Part shown: positions 50,431 through 63,269 of the stretch, piece after piece
Numbering within the stretch: position 1 is the first letter of the stretch
Layout of the letters: every line of letters starts with the position of its first letter
NCBI RefSeq assembly: GCF_018350175.1
Contig: NC_058368.1
Coordinates: forward strand, 192,760,001-192,824,000
Direction of reading: 5' to 3'
DNA from: Felis catus
Lineage: Eukaryota
DNA: 64,000 bases
Translations under genes and position numbers: made by a program
Notes under the pieces: model-generated
Database searches by the model: none
Seen by the model: only the letters and a program-made list of their open reading frames with translations
What the model was told of the DNA's origin: nothing

Positions 50431-50980
50431 TGTGGTAGACGGATTGCAGAAGTGGCCCCCATCTTCCACCCCTCCTTGTATCCATGTCCTCTGCGATGGG
50501 ACCCCGAAGCTCCTCTCATCAAGAGATGAAGTCTTTTGCCCCACCTCCTGAATCAGGGCCGGCTTCGTGATCTGCTTTGGCCAACAGAAGGAGGCAGAAG
50601 TGACAGTGTGTCAAGCGTGAAGCCTCAAGAGATTTGCACTCTTCCCACCCCTGGTTTTTGTTCTTCTGCCCCCCACACCCTTAGGGAACAAGCCAAGGCT
50701 AGTAAGCTAGAGGGGTGTTGAGGGGCAAGTGGAGGAGGAGACATGGGGAGAAGAACCGTGGTCATCCTAGACAGAGAGCCAAACCCCAAAGATGCGCCCG
50801 CCCAGCCTGCCCACGGCTAGCCAGAGACACATGGTACAGCGCAGCCAAGACCAGGGAAGTGACCCAAATGATCTGAAGACCTGTAAGGGATAATACATGG
50901 TTACTGTTTGAAGTCACTCACTGAGCTCTGGGGTCGAGTTTTTAAGGCAGCAGTGTTTGTGGTCCCAGAGAAGTGATAAA
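50431..50980 (+). mobile_element. MaLR solo LTR (MLT1F/G/H-like)
   Basis: tgtggtagacggattgc...gctttggccaacagaa...gttactgtttgaagtcact. Confidence 0.75.
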
Positions 50981-51103
50981 ATGTCCTCAGATTCAGTTCA
51001 GTTCTGTGTTTACATCCAAAGGTGCCAACATAGAAACAAAACTGCTGGAATCCTTTCCTCCTGCCTCTTTTTTTTTTTTTTTTTTTTTTAAAGATCCAAA
51101 TCA

Positions 51104-51239
51104 GGGGCAGCTGGGTGGTTCAGTCAGTTAAGCGTCCAACTCTTGACTTTATCTCAGGTCATGATCCCAGGGTCCCGAGATTGGCCCCGTGTCAGGCTCT
51201 GTGTTGAGCATAGAGCATGATTGAGACTGACTCACTCAC

Positions 51240-51293
<54 letters not shown>

Positions 51294-51343
51294 CCCCCCC
51301 CACATGCTTTGCCTCTCAAAAAAAAAAAAAAATTAAAAACAAA
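51104..51343 (+). mobile_element. Can-SINE
   Basis: Perfect 15-bp TSD taaagatccaaatca (51089-51103, 51344-51358). Confidence 0.94.
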
Positions 51344-51631
51344 TAAAGATCCAAATCACACCTGTTTTCTAACGCTCAATTCAAATACCAGATCCTCAAA
51401 TACCATATTCTAATTCTATCCCCTTTCACTTAAATAATAATCTTCCTCCCACTAACTTTTCCCTGTGCTCTCTACCCCTCTCTTTTTGGAAGTTAGCCCT
51501 GAAGGTTTCCAATTGTAGCCATTTGTATACATGCCATTCCTTTCTAGTGGACTCTAAACCAATACTTTCAAACTATCTGCGATGAAGAACCACTTTGTTT
51601 TAATTTCCAATTCATTGTGAACCAAACCATC

Positions 51632-52198
51632 TGTGGTAGACAGAATTCTAAGAATGACTCCCAATGACCCTCATTCTGTTATTCTCCTCTCCCATTGAGT
51701 GTAGGTGGGGCCTGTGGATACATGAGATGTTACTGCTCTGATTACACTGTGGTACAGAACAAAGGACATTATCCAGGTTGACACAATCTAACCACACACA
51801 AAAAAAGCAGAGAGTCTCTTCCATCTGGCAGCCTAAGAAGTCAAAATGATTCAAAGAGTGAGGAGGATTCGATGTGGCTTTGAAGATCGAGGGACCACGT
51901 GTGGGTAGCCTCCAGGAGGAGACAACAACCCCAAGCTGACAGCCAGAGAGGAAATGGGGACCCCGATCCTACAACCACCTGCCAACAACCTGAATGAGCC
52001 TGGAAGCGGATTCTTTCTCACAGCCTCCAGAAAAGAGCCGGGACTGGTGAACGCCTTGATTGTGACCTTGTGAGACCCTGAGCAGAGAACCCAGCTAAGT
52101 CTGCTTGGACTCATGACCTATAAAACTATAAGCTAATACATGTGTATTGTTTTCAGCCACAAAGGGTGTGGTAATTGTTGCAAAACAAGGTTAATACA
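51632..52198 (+). mobile_element. MaLR solo LTR (MLT1E-like)
   Basis: tgtggtagacagaattctaaga...ccaacaacctgaatgagcctggaagcggattct...taataca. Confidence 0.85.
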
Positions 52199-52202
52199 AA
52201 CC

Positions 52203-52727
52203 TGTATAGCATGGCAGATTATACATTCCAAAGGCGTTTGTAACATTCGGTCCCACGTATTCTTCTAAAACCATTCCACAAGCCCATTAAGAAGAGGTAG
52301 AATCTAGGTTTCCTCTCGTTGAAGATGCACAGACCTTTGTGAATATCTCAACCAACAGAGCCTGGCAGAAGAGACACAACGTGACTTCTGAGACTAGACC
52401 ATGAAAGTTCTATGAACTTCTGCCTTGCTCTCGAGGAGCCCAGCCACTACGCTATGAAGAAGTTATCTTCCTCTTCCTGTGAAGAGATCGACATGGAAAG
52501 GAGCAGACAGCCAGCACCACCTGGTCAGCCACGTGAGTGAGCCGGCCCGGAGGCAGACCCTCCGGCCTCAGTGGAGGCACCCCAGCAGGCACCGTGTGGA
52601 TCAGGGAGGAGCTGCTCTGCCCGGCCGGGCTCAAACTGTAGATCTGTGAGCAAATAAATCACTGTTGTTGGTGTAAGCCACTGTAGTTGGGACAGTTTGC
52701 TAAACAGCAATGGTAATTGGAACTAGT
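52203..52727 (+). mobile_element. Second MaLR LTR (MLT1F/G-like)
   Basis: gtgacttctgagactagaccat...tcaaactgtagatctgtgagcaaataaat...taagccact...cagcaatggtaattggaac. Confidence 0.75.
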
Positions 52728-55700
52728 ATGCAGCTTGCACCGCATGAAATTCACCATATAAGTTCAACAGCACGTGAACAGATCTATATCTACTCAACAA
52801 GATACATCCACTGAGCATGTGCTTGGCTGTAACAGCAACGTCAAATTGCCATAAAAGTTTCTAAATGCTTGTCTTCTGTATTTTATCTCATGGTGAACTG
52901 GTGCCATTCTGCAGACTACACTTTGAGAGGCATGGCCGCCAGACATCTCCCGGCCAAGCCCATCCTTACTCACCTCTGCATCCTCCCAAATGCCTGTTAG
53001 AATTCCCGGAAACAGGAGGAATTCAGTAAATGTTTATGGACTGAACAGAACACCCAAAGAAAGTCAAGGTTGAAAGCTCAACTCTCTCATTTTATAGATG
53101 GCAATGTGACAGTCCAGAGAAATAATGGGATACATCCAGGGTCATGGGATGAGCTAGTGATTTTAACCGAGGCTTTGCCAACCCAACTGCCTACGTGGAA
53201 AGAGGGGTTGGCCAGGTGTCAGATAATATAGAAGGAAGGGGGCTGGTGAAAAGGCAGGTGTATGCACGCCCATGTAAGGCAGGGGTGGGGGCAGCCGCCA
53301 GCTGACTGTCACCAAGCGAGGGAGGGCAAGTAAAGACAGATGTTCAGTTTCTAAAAAGAAACTGGAGAATTCAAGTTTCTAGACACTACTTCTTAATTTT
53401 TAATATAATACCTCAATAAACAAATATGTTTACATGCTTGATTTTGCCCAGGAGACCACCAATTTGCAATTCCTGAGCACCTCTCATTTAAACGTAAGAA
53501 AACTATGGTCCTGAGAGGTTACAGATTTAACCGAGAACCTACAAGAAGAGGTGACAAGGTCATTTCTGACTTGCCCAGGAATTCGGTGAAGATGATGACT
53601 GACTGCTACTACCACTGGTCACCGAACACCTTCACTGAGCACCTACTATGGGCAAGGCACTATGCCAAGCCCTCGGCTCAACTGAGACTGTACTCTCATG
53701 TAATCCTTTCAACAGTCCTAGAAAGTAGGCACCAGTGTTTCTTCTTTTTTTACAGATTCAGCAAGAGACTCAGACAAGCTAAGTAACTTGCCGAAAGCAT
53801 AGTGTAAGTAGGCCGGGTGTCTGTGTTCAAAGCAAATTTTTACAAGGTGAACAGGTCTTCTTACTGTCCCTTCGGCATCCTGCCTATGGAAGTTCCCAGG
53901 TACAGTTTTACCTGGAATGGCTACAAAATCTACCCTTTAACATCTATCATTTCAAGCCAGGAGAAACCACCCAAAGGCGACCTGTTTCCTGTCCCCCAGA
54001 GTCTGAGTGATGCTGAGCCCACGTGCTATTCTTCTTTCCCAACTGCTGACTCCCCAGAGGGGCAGGCTGTTTCAAAAACTATGTTCAATGGGTCCCTTGG
54101 AGATGCTGCAGCTGGGAGCTGGGGGGTAGGGGCGTCCTGGCAAGAGGGGCTCTGATTTCTTCTTGGTCATACGTTCATCAGGCTTTTAAGCAAGATGATA
54201 TGACAAGTGTTCCTTCCACTGCTTAAAAAAAAAAAAAAAATTTTTTTTTGAGAACCAATGATCTAAGCCAACCCCTTCACTTCGTTTTCTAAAGACAGAC
54301 CCTATAATTTGATTTGCAATTATAACAATAATAAAGGCACATAGTGAAAGATTTTAAAAGCCGAAACGGTATACAATGGAAAATATAAATCTCTCTCTTC
54401 TCCCAACCTCTAGTCCTACCCCTTAGAGATAACCACTGTTAACAGGTTTTTGAGTACTCCTTCCAGAATTTTTAATAAGGAAATTGAGCTCCTGAGGTTG
54501 GCTTATCGGAGATTATTCAGCCAAGGCTACGTACAAGACATTAGGCTCCTGGCATTTCTCTCTCCCTTCCTAACTTAACTTGCAAAAGTCTCAAATGTTC
54601 CCGGAGATTGCAAACTCTCTCTCCAATACACCTGTAGCTTCAGAAACCATATATTATGCATCTTCTGGCCTCACTCACTGAGCAGGAAAATTTCATGTCT
54701 TTTTCATGTGACCATGTTTCTCCCTGGTCTTTGTTTCACATGGTAGAAAAACAACCAGAATCCCATTCTCAACTGGCCAGTGTTCAAGCCAGCAGTTGCT
54801 AGCAGCTGAAAGCACATGCTCAGCAAGAAGTCTGAGCCAACGGACAGGAACTCAGGCTCGAACCAAAATTCTTGAAGTTGTAGGAGGGGCAACATCTCCC
54901 TGAGCTCCTCTCGGGGTGTACTGTCAACCTCCCCACTGGTCTCCTGGCCCTCAGGCTACAGCCCCCAGTTCCCCACCTTCCTGCCTGCTTCCTACGCCTC
55001 GTTCTCCTACATCTGTCTGCAGCCCCTTTTCCTACCTGCCTCTATTGGACCCATCTGCAGACTGAACCCGTTTTCTTCCTGGTAGGAAAGAGTATGGAAG
55101 TGCACTCAGAGCCTCTTTCTCTCCTAGAGAAGACCCCAGAGGGCCGATATTTATTGGGCTTCCCATTTGCCAGGCTTTGCTAGGCAATTTACAGGCATCA
55201 TCCTCACAACAAGCCTGGAAGACGGCACTATGATTATTGTCCCATTTTCCAGATGAGGAAACTGACTAGGAAGCTGGCATAGGAAAGCAGAACTGCTGAT
55301 CCCAGGCTCAGGAGGGACTTGTTCGAGTTCCTAAAGTGAGAGAGTTGCTTTTGGCCCTGACGCCTTCGATGTCACGTCTGCCCATCACCCTGCCCAGATC
55401 ATGTTTCGGAAGGGGAAAAAACACTCACGATACCCCCTGGCAGACTCTTAGTTACTCCTCTACCCCCTGTTGTCCAAAAGCCCAGCCCTTTCTCACGGCT
55501 CTTGAAGTGGACTCTGAGCATAAGAGATGGCCGTCGACCTGAGAAAAAATTAATCCCATGTTACTTGTCAGCAGAGGTGCAGACTCCCTGCCGTTGCCTA
55601 GGTTACGTGCCTGGAGCTTAAGCCACTGCCGATCACTCCCCTATTTACCTTAATTAATCAGACTGGCGTGGCTCCCTCTGGAGGGGGGCTCGGCCCTCCC

Positions 55701-57889
55701 CACCGCCCCCAGATAAACAAGGGATTTGGGGAGAATTTCTTGGTGAAATGACTTAAGTACCACGGAGAGGCAGCCCTGGAGGCCAGCGTGGGTGGAAAGA
55801 GCACCACAGAGGGGCCACCTGGAACCAAAGGTGGAAAAAGAGAGGTTCCTTGTCAATGGTATTCACTTGCCCAGAAATTGTGACTGGCACTCACAAGGCA
55901 AAAATACGCCGCCAGGCAGGGCATAATTATAAGTTGTATTATTCAGGCTAATCAAAAGGAAGGCGTGAGACCTGAGAAAATAGCTGTCTCATATGTGAAA
56001 GGGCCCCATTTCATTTTTTTTATGCTTTTAAAAATTACACGAGGAAGCAGAGGAGGGAGTAAGCCGCTCAGACTTCATACTGCAGAGGACTTACTCCCTA
56101 AGAAACACACTACGTTGGCTGACCTGAATCTGAATGTGGACCCCACCTGCATTTCTGGCTTTCAACCCTCTCCTCTCTTGGTGTGTGTTTTAGTTTCCTA
56201 AAGGAGTCACGGGCGACTGGACATGTGGCACTTACTGGGTCTGAAAGAGGTCAGGGCTCAAAGAACACAAAATTTATAGATATATTAACTTCGGCCTCCT
56301 TGCCAGATAGAAATGGACACATAAGACAGACACACCCACAAAAGCCTGCGACTCAGAAAGCTTAAATGCAGCAAAATCAACTACAGGATGTTAAGCCCCA
56401 CACTGATCCCTATTTGCTCTACATGTAGCCACACCCTCATATACAGGATTTAAATATCTGTCCAGGCTAGTATTTCCCCAATCATGTCTCCAGTTCAAGT
56501 TCTCTCTGTCTCTCTCTCTCTCTAAGGCACAGAAGTAAGCAACACAAGCCACTCCCAGTAGGTGAATCCTGACTGGCTACGTGATGACCCAGAAGCTCTG
56601 ACTTCACATGTGACCCTGAGCATGGTGCCTAATGACCAGGCCTCAGTTTCTTCATCTGAAGAAGGGGCAGGATAACACCTGCCCAGGTGACTGTATCCGC
56701 TGTAAGGAGGCTCAAAGGAGACCATGTATGTATATGAAAGCATTCTGTGGCTATGAAAGGACAGACATGCGGGAGTGGCCATCATACCTTCTGAAGCCAT
56801 GAAACCAGAGGCTGTTGGTTGTTTAGCTGAGGGTGTGGAAATCACTCTGCCCATCTGCTTCCTGTCTATAAAAAGTCTGCTGAGTCTGTGGGCCCAGGCC
56901 ATTTTCAGTCTGGCCCTGCCCTTGTTCTCAGGCAAAATGATGCTAGGTTTGGACAACTCTGTAACTGGTTATCCAGTCACACACCTAGACTGGAGCCAGA
57001 TCAAAGCCTGGCACGAGGGAGACACTCTATCCTGTTCCAACTTCAGGATTCACCACTGACGGATGAGTGGGTGAAGGCTGAAAGATGGGAAACACAATTT
57101 TTGTCAGACAGGAGAGCTCCGGGGTTGAGCCAGAGAGCTGACAACAACAGCCCAGGTCAAGCACAGTCACATATGGAGGAAGCAAGTATGTTCTGAGAGT
57201 TGGGATCACTTGACCCACACTAGAGACCTTAGCCAAGTCACCCGCTTTGGGGACCAGTGAGGCCTCTGACAGGAGAATGAGTAGGGTCACCGGACCCCAG
57301 ATTTGGGGAGTGAGAATTCTCACGTGGGTCAGTGAGCTTCGGTGCCCAAACTCCTTCACCTGGCTGTCCCCTTGAGTCGTCTGGCCCACAGCCCCACTCC
57401 TGCCCTCTGCCAGTCTGGCCCTAAATTCCCTCCCCACAGGTACACCAACATCCTGTCTGCCTCCCCCGTGCCAGCTTCCTCTTCTTCTTCTGCCATCCCA
57501 CATCCATGCACCGTCAGAGGCCTGCAGGTGGCCTGGCTCGGGCTGTGGAAGCCTACCCGGCTCAGCAGGCCTCTCGAGTCCCTGCCACATCCAGCTGGGC
57601 CCTGCTCCACCTCCCGTGGTCTCACCTTTCTGTCCTGGGTCCAGGTTGCTTTTTGTGTCCTTCCGATTCCACACAGAGGAGGAAGCACATCATAATGGAC
57701 TGAGTGGCTCCGGCACATTACAGATCCTGCTTTCAGACCACCAAATAAATCAATAGGGCTGTTGTGTGTGTGTGTGTATGTTTAAATTATATATTCATGG
57801 AATCCAATAAGAGAGCCAATACTGTTGGGATGTAATATAAAAGTTTCCGGAAGGAACAATAACAGCTAACATTTATTGAGCTTAGTAAT

Positions 57890-58670
57890 TTTTAAGCCCC
57901 TGCTTAAAAACCTTCAATGACTTCCCATGGCTCTTAAGATGAAACCCAACTCCTTAGCATTCTCACCAGGTCCTACATGGCCTAGCCTCTGCCCACCACG
58001 CCAGCCCATCCTGTACCATGCTCCCCTTGGTCTCAGAGCTCTGGACACTTTCCTGAGTTCTTCAAAGGCACCTCACTTTCTCCTGCCATAGGGTCTCTGC
58101 ACATGCTATTTCCTCAAAAACAATGGTCACACTGTTCCCACTCCACCAAGTTCATTTCACATCTCAGCTCAGATGCCACTTCCTCTGAGAAGCCCTCCCT
58201 GACTTCTCAGTCAAGGCTTCTGGCAAACACAGCAATCCTATTCTTCAGAGCATCAAGTTAATAAATAGACCTTGGGCGGGGGGTGGGGGGGGTGGGCGAC
58301 TGAGTGGCTCAGTGGGTTAAGTGTCTGACTTTGGCTCAGGTCATGATCTAATGGTTCATGAGTTCGAGCCCCACATCAGGCTCTGGGCTGACAGCTCAGA
58401 GCCCGGAGCATGCTTGCTTGGGATTCCGGGTCCCCCTCGCTGTCTGCCCCTCCCCCACTCACACTCTGTCTCTCTGTCAAAAATGAATAAACATTTTTTA
58501 AAAAGGTTAGCAAGTAGACCTTCATTTAGAGTGATTATTTAATTAATGCCTATCTGTGCCTGCACTAGAAGCGCCAGAAGAGAAGGGCAGGGGAAGCACT
58601 GGTTCTAGGGCAGCTAGCTGTACAGTCACAGAGGTGCTCAAAAACTGTTAGCTGAATGAACCGAACGGAT
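57890..58670 (+). mobile_element. L2 interrupted by a Can-SINE
   Basis: ctgcttaaaaaccttcaatgacttccc...gaagccctccctgac...gctgaatgaa. Confidence 0.75.
58293..58504 (+). mobile_element. Can-SINE with G-rich 5' flank
   Basis: SINE body and tail; TSD-like aaatagacctt/aagtagacctt. Confidence 0.9.
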
Positions 58671-58679
58671 GAATGGGTG

Positions 58680-58890
58680 CGTACTGTGTGCTGGTCCCTG
58701 GAATAATTCCCTCTCAGTGCATCATCTCATTTACCCTCAAAACAACCCTCTGAGGTGGGTACAATTATTTTCCCCAAGATGCAGACAGTAGCTAAAATTG
58801 TACAAGGTGTTGGTAACTTGCCCAGGGCCACGGATATAGCAAGTGGTAAAGCCGGGACTTGAACCCGGGTCTGTCTGGCTCCAATACTTG
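58680..58890 (-). mobile_element. MIR
   Basis: aacaaccctctgaggtgggtac...taacttgcccagggccac...gacttgaacccgggtctgtctggctcc. Confidence 0.75.
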
Positions 58891-60016
58891 TACTCTGTAC
58901 TCTGCAAAACCTGATCCCAGCCAGGCAGTGGAGGTCATCTCAAACACGTTCCCTTTGTTTTTAGAGTATACACTCCATCAGTGGGTAAGCACAGGGAAGG
59001 GAGAATTTTTCTTTTTTCCACCGCATGACTCTGAGCCGCAAAAAGATGAGACATCTCAGATTCTTCATGTTTCCCCAAATGAATTTTAGGTAAGTTCCCT
59101 GGGAATCTCTCAATAATTCCATCTTCCCCCTCTCCTTTCTGGAGTGCTCTGGAGACCTATGCCAGAGTGTAATTTATAAATGAGAAATAAATCTCTGTGA
59201 GTTACAACACTGACATTTCAGGGTTGATCTGTTATACCACCTAACATTACCAATAAGAATGCAAATCCAAAATCACGCACCAACATGACTCCTTGAATAG
59301 ATTTTCCTGGAGGGAACTTAATGTTCTTTGGTCACCTTTATGAACTTAAGGATGTCCTAAATTGCTACTGAAATATACAAGCTGTTTGCCCAAATGTGTC
59401 TGCTCTATTGTCCCTTCCCTTTGGATGCTGGCATCTGATTCTCTCTAATCCAAATGTGCTGTCTAGTCTGAAGGGGAAGGCTCCCCACTCGTAAGGAGTG
59501 AAGTGCTTGGACATTGGTTAATCTCTTCAGCTCCTCCTGGCCAGGGGGCTCAGGGGTAACTTTACAAGTGGACTTTATAGGGGTCTGAAGCTCCAGGACT
59601 GGGGTGGCCCTATGACACTGAAGCATTCGGTGGACCGCAATGTCAATAGATGGTGCTGCTCCCAACATCTGAAATGACCTCATAGGTGAATGGCTTAGGA
59701 ACACCTGTTCCCTCACAAGATGCTTGGCCAAGTCTGCTTTGGTGGTGGAGTCCGATAATTGCATTAGTGCACGTAGCATCTGACCTTACTAATAACTGTT
59801 CAAGCTACAAACTTGCTGAAAGTCACCATGTTTTAAGCAATTATTTGGCTCTGTGCAAAAATGTTAATTTCATGCTTTGTAAACACATCTTTTGTAAAAG
59901 ACCAACTTGCCTATAAAAATTGCTTTTGGCATCTCTAAGATAATCTTTAGGAGAGAGAAAAAGTGGGAAAAATGGGGGTGTCTACTTAATCAATTTCTAC
60001 AACCTTCTTTCACTCG

Positions 60017-60051
<35 letters not shown>

Positions 60052-60696
60052 GACAAAAGAGACGTGCTGACCGGAAAGGTCAGCAAGAGGCAGAGGGAGA
60101 CCCAAATCAATGAAGACTAGCTTCCAAGGAAGCTAATGCCCTTGCAGGTTCCTTGTGCATTGTCCTTCCCTAGGTGTCCTTCCCTCCTTCCCAGGAGTCT
60201 GAGAAACCTGGGAAAGTCACACGCTTCACGCTGACTGACCTGAGCACCTCAGAGTTAGAGAGCCCACTGGGGTGCTCTGGTCTGAACAGTTCATTCTGCT
60301 GGCAAGGAAGAGGGGGCCCAGAGACAAGACGTCCTGCCAGGTTCCCACAGAGGTCAATGCTGGTGTCAAGAAACCAACCCAGGGCCCCTGACCTCTCGGG
60401 ACGGGGTGTTCCAACAAGACGTGGCATGAAAACAAAGACAAAAATCTAAACCTTGTCTTCAAAAGTTAAGCAGAATGACCAGTCATGCTCTTTCCCATGA
60501 TCTCCAACAGTGCTGTGTGTTTCCCGATATTCACCAGACGGCATAGTTCAACTCAGGAAGCATTTCTTCAACATTCACTAGCAGTGTTTCTCAAACAGTG
60601 ACTCTGCTTTATCTTAAATATTCATCACATCTCAATTCTTACTTTCCACTCTATAATGGATGTCTTAATTTAATATAAAAGTAATGTGTTTCTTCC

Positions 60697-60893
60697 TTTT
60701 TTAACATTTATTTATTTTTGAGAGAGAGATGGCATGAGTGGGGAAGGTACAAAGAGACAGAAGGGGACAGCGGATCCAAAGAAGGCTCTGCACTGACAGC
60801 AGAGAGCCTGATGTGGGGCTTGAACTCATGGACCGTGAGATCATGACCTGAGCCAAAGTCAGATGCTCAACTGACTGAGCCACCCAGGTGCCC
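60697..60893 (-). mobile_element. Can-SINE
   Basis: Reverse SINE ending cacccaggtgccc. Confidence 0.92.
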
Positions 60894-61349
60894 CTTTTTC
60901 TTTCCTTTCTTCTCCAAATAGTTTGAGTAAACCGGAGGCTTCTGGAAGGTATGTCCTGTTGTTCCAGCATGAACTCACTGTATGAAAGTCCATTCATGGG
61001 CAAAGATCTGATTAACTACAAGATTAGCAGGTGCTAAGATCTACAGTGGACCAGAAGGACAGGCAATGGGATTTGGGGTCCAAGAAAAGGGAAGATAGAC
61101 CAGTTACAACCTGGAGCAAGGTTCTCTGGAAGGATCGATAAATTTGTTTTTAATGACAGTCCTTAATTTTGTTTTCCCTGACTGTAGATTTTTTTGGAAA
61201 CCATAAAAGCACAGAGAAGAAAATTTAAATACCCTACAGGAAACTGGGGGAAAGGGTGCACAGGACCTCTCTGTGATGTTTTTACAACTACATGTAAAAT
61301 CCACAATTATCTCAAAATTTAAAAAAATAGGTAATTTAAAAAATCCTCA

Positions 61350-61530
61350 GGGTGCCTGTGTGGTTCAGTTGATTGAATGTCTGACTCTTGATTTCGGCTG
61401 AAGTCGTGATCAGTTGTGAGACTGAGCCCCATGTCTGGCTCAGCGTGGAGGGCAGGGCCTGCTTTGGATTCTCTCTCTCTCTACCAAAATAAATAAATAA
61501 ACTTTAAAGAATAAAAATAAGAAAATAAAA
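61350..61530 (+). mobile_element. Can-SINE (shortened) next to an L1M 3' end (about 61235-61328)
   Basis: TSD aaaaatcctc on both sides. Confidence 0.88.
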
Positions 61531-63269
61531 AATCCTCCATAATTCCACCATCCAATAGTAACCACCGCTGACAATTCTGTGGTTACCCTTTCCATCTTGT
61601 TTCAAGGCATGTGGCTGAAATCCGAAGTCTGGAGGCATAATTGGAGGTCTGAAACCATCTTTCTTCACCTGTCATTGTGTGTCAATAGAAATTTCCTATC
61701 ATTAAAAATTCTTAGAAAGTAGTATTTTCAAAGGGCGTATTATATTCTATTACATGGGTGAATCATATCCCCTACTGCTGGACATTTAATTGCTTCCAAT
61801 TTTCCACCATTGCATTTTTTCATGTTATATATATTCTACTATTATAAAAAAAATTTTTGTAAGTTTCAGTAAACATCCTCACATCTCACGTTTCTGATTA
61901 CCACCTCAGGTTGGACTCCCGGAAAGCAAATTCCTGGCTCTTTTTTTAAGAGTCTCATCACATGTTAATAACAAAGTTCTCTCCTGATGGGAATGGAGGG
62001 AGGTGGGCAACGTATTTTAAAAGTCAAGCTGAAAAATGTCTTAGTAGAAAAACTCCAGGTGACTGCAAAGTGCCTAACTGGTGATTTTCAAATGCAGGGC
62101 CATCTGGGAGCCGGGTAGGAGAGTCCAGGAAACCCACAAACCCACCTGCCTGCAAACTGGGGTGGGTGCCTCATCCAGCTGTCATGCTCTCCTTGCATCT
62201 CAATGCAAAATGATCTTTGGAGAGAGACACGCGAAACCAGGACATATGGGACTGTCTTTTGTAAAAGGAGGTTGTTCACTCTTCTCCTAGGAGGGTAATA
62301 GCTTGGGAAATATGCATAAACCATTGCTGCTAGGATATAAACAGCATGAAATTATCCAAACTTGGAGCCATTAAAGATGCACATTGTGAATTTAGAATCA
62401 AAACACTCTATAAATTTATAGCAAATCTGCACATTGAAAAATCAGTCTGCAGACTATAAAAGCAATTGTTGGTTTAAAGCTTTCGCAAATGCTCCTGACT
62501 ACACTTTGTGGGTGGGCACGAGGGTGAGGGCAATGGATTTCTCTCAAGGAAGGTCTCGTCGGCATCAGGAAACAGGGCAGCTCTGAGGCACCTTCCACAG
62601 GGGTGTCCCTTTCTTCTGAGGTCTGATGTTCTCCACTATTGTTCCTCCCATTTGTTCTGGAACTGATGTGGTCAAATTCTCCTTCATGAGTCTAAAGACT
62701 ACCTGAGACCCTGCTGGTTCTCTCACATATGGGGGAGCAGGACAAAGAAATAAGGGACTGGACAAGTTACCATAAGGCTCCAAAACATCCCTTCTCAAAA
62801 TATAAACACTGCCAACAAGGGAAGAACACGTAAGGTTTGGAAAACTCACTGAGAACACTTGCCCTTCAGAAATTATACTTGCTATCTTTCAGTGTTTCCC
62901 TTAGAGAAGAGAGAAAAAAGTCTGCCCACCAAGGCTCCTCCCCTTCCCTGGAATGAGGTCAGAGAGGGAGCTGTGGGGGGCAGGAGGTCCCCTTGGCTGT
63001 CACTTCTGCCCATTGGAGGTCAGGAAGTTGACAGGTGGGCTTGCAATGTTTGGCTGTGGTTTCAGGCACTCCCTAAGAGCTGAGTGGGGGTCTGTACTGC
63101 TCAGACAAGGAATTAATTTCCTCTGGGGAAGGCTGAAACCAGTGTTTGTTTAGCCTTGTGCTAGAGAGACTAAAGGGTCATGGCAGAAAGCCAAAAAGCC
63201 CTTTAAATTGTCTCTGTCCCTCGGTATTCTAACATTTCCACCTCACTTTAAAAAGTGAGATTTGCCAAC

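Noticed and set aside
57027..57674. 215-aa minus-strand ORF and overlapping ORFs
   Set aside because: GC-rich stop-poor sequence that is open in several frames, with no family resemblance or clear splice support.
976..61530. tRNA-like A/B boxes and recurring small ORFs (MAQSV..., ERERER, LSLSLS)
   Set aside because: All derive from tRNA-related Can-SINE heads and their (CT)n/(GA)n tracts; no true tRNA gene was seen.
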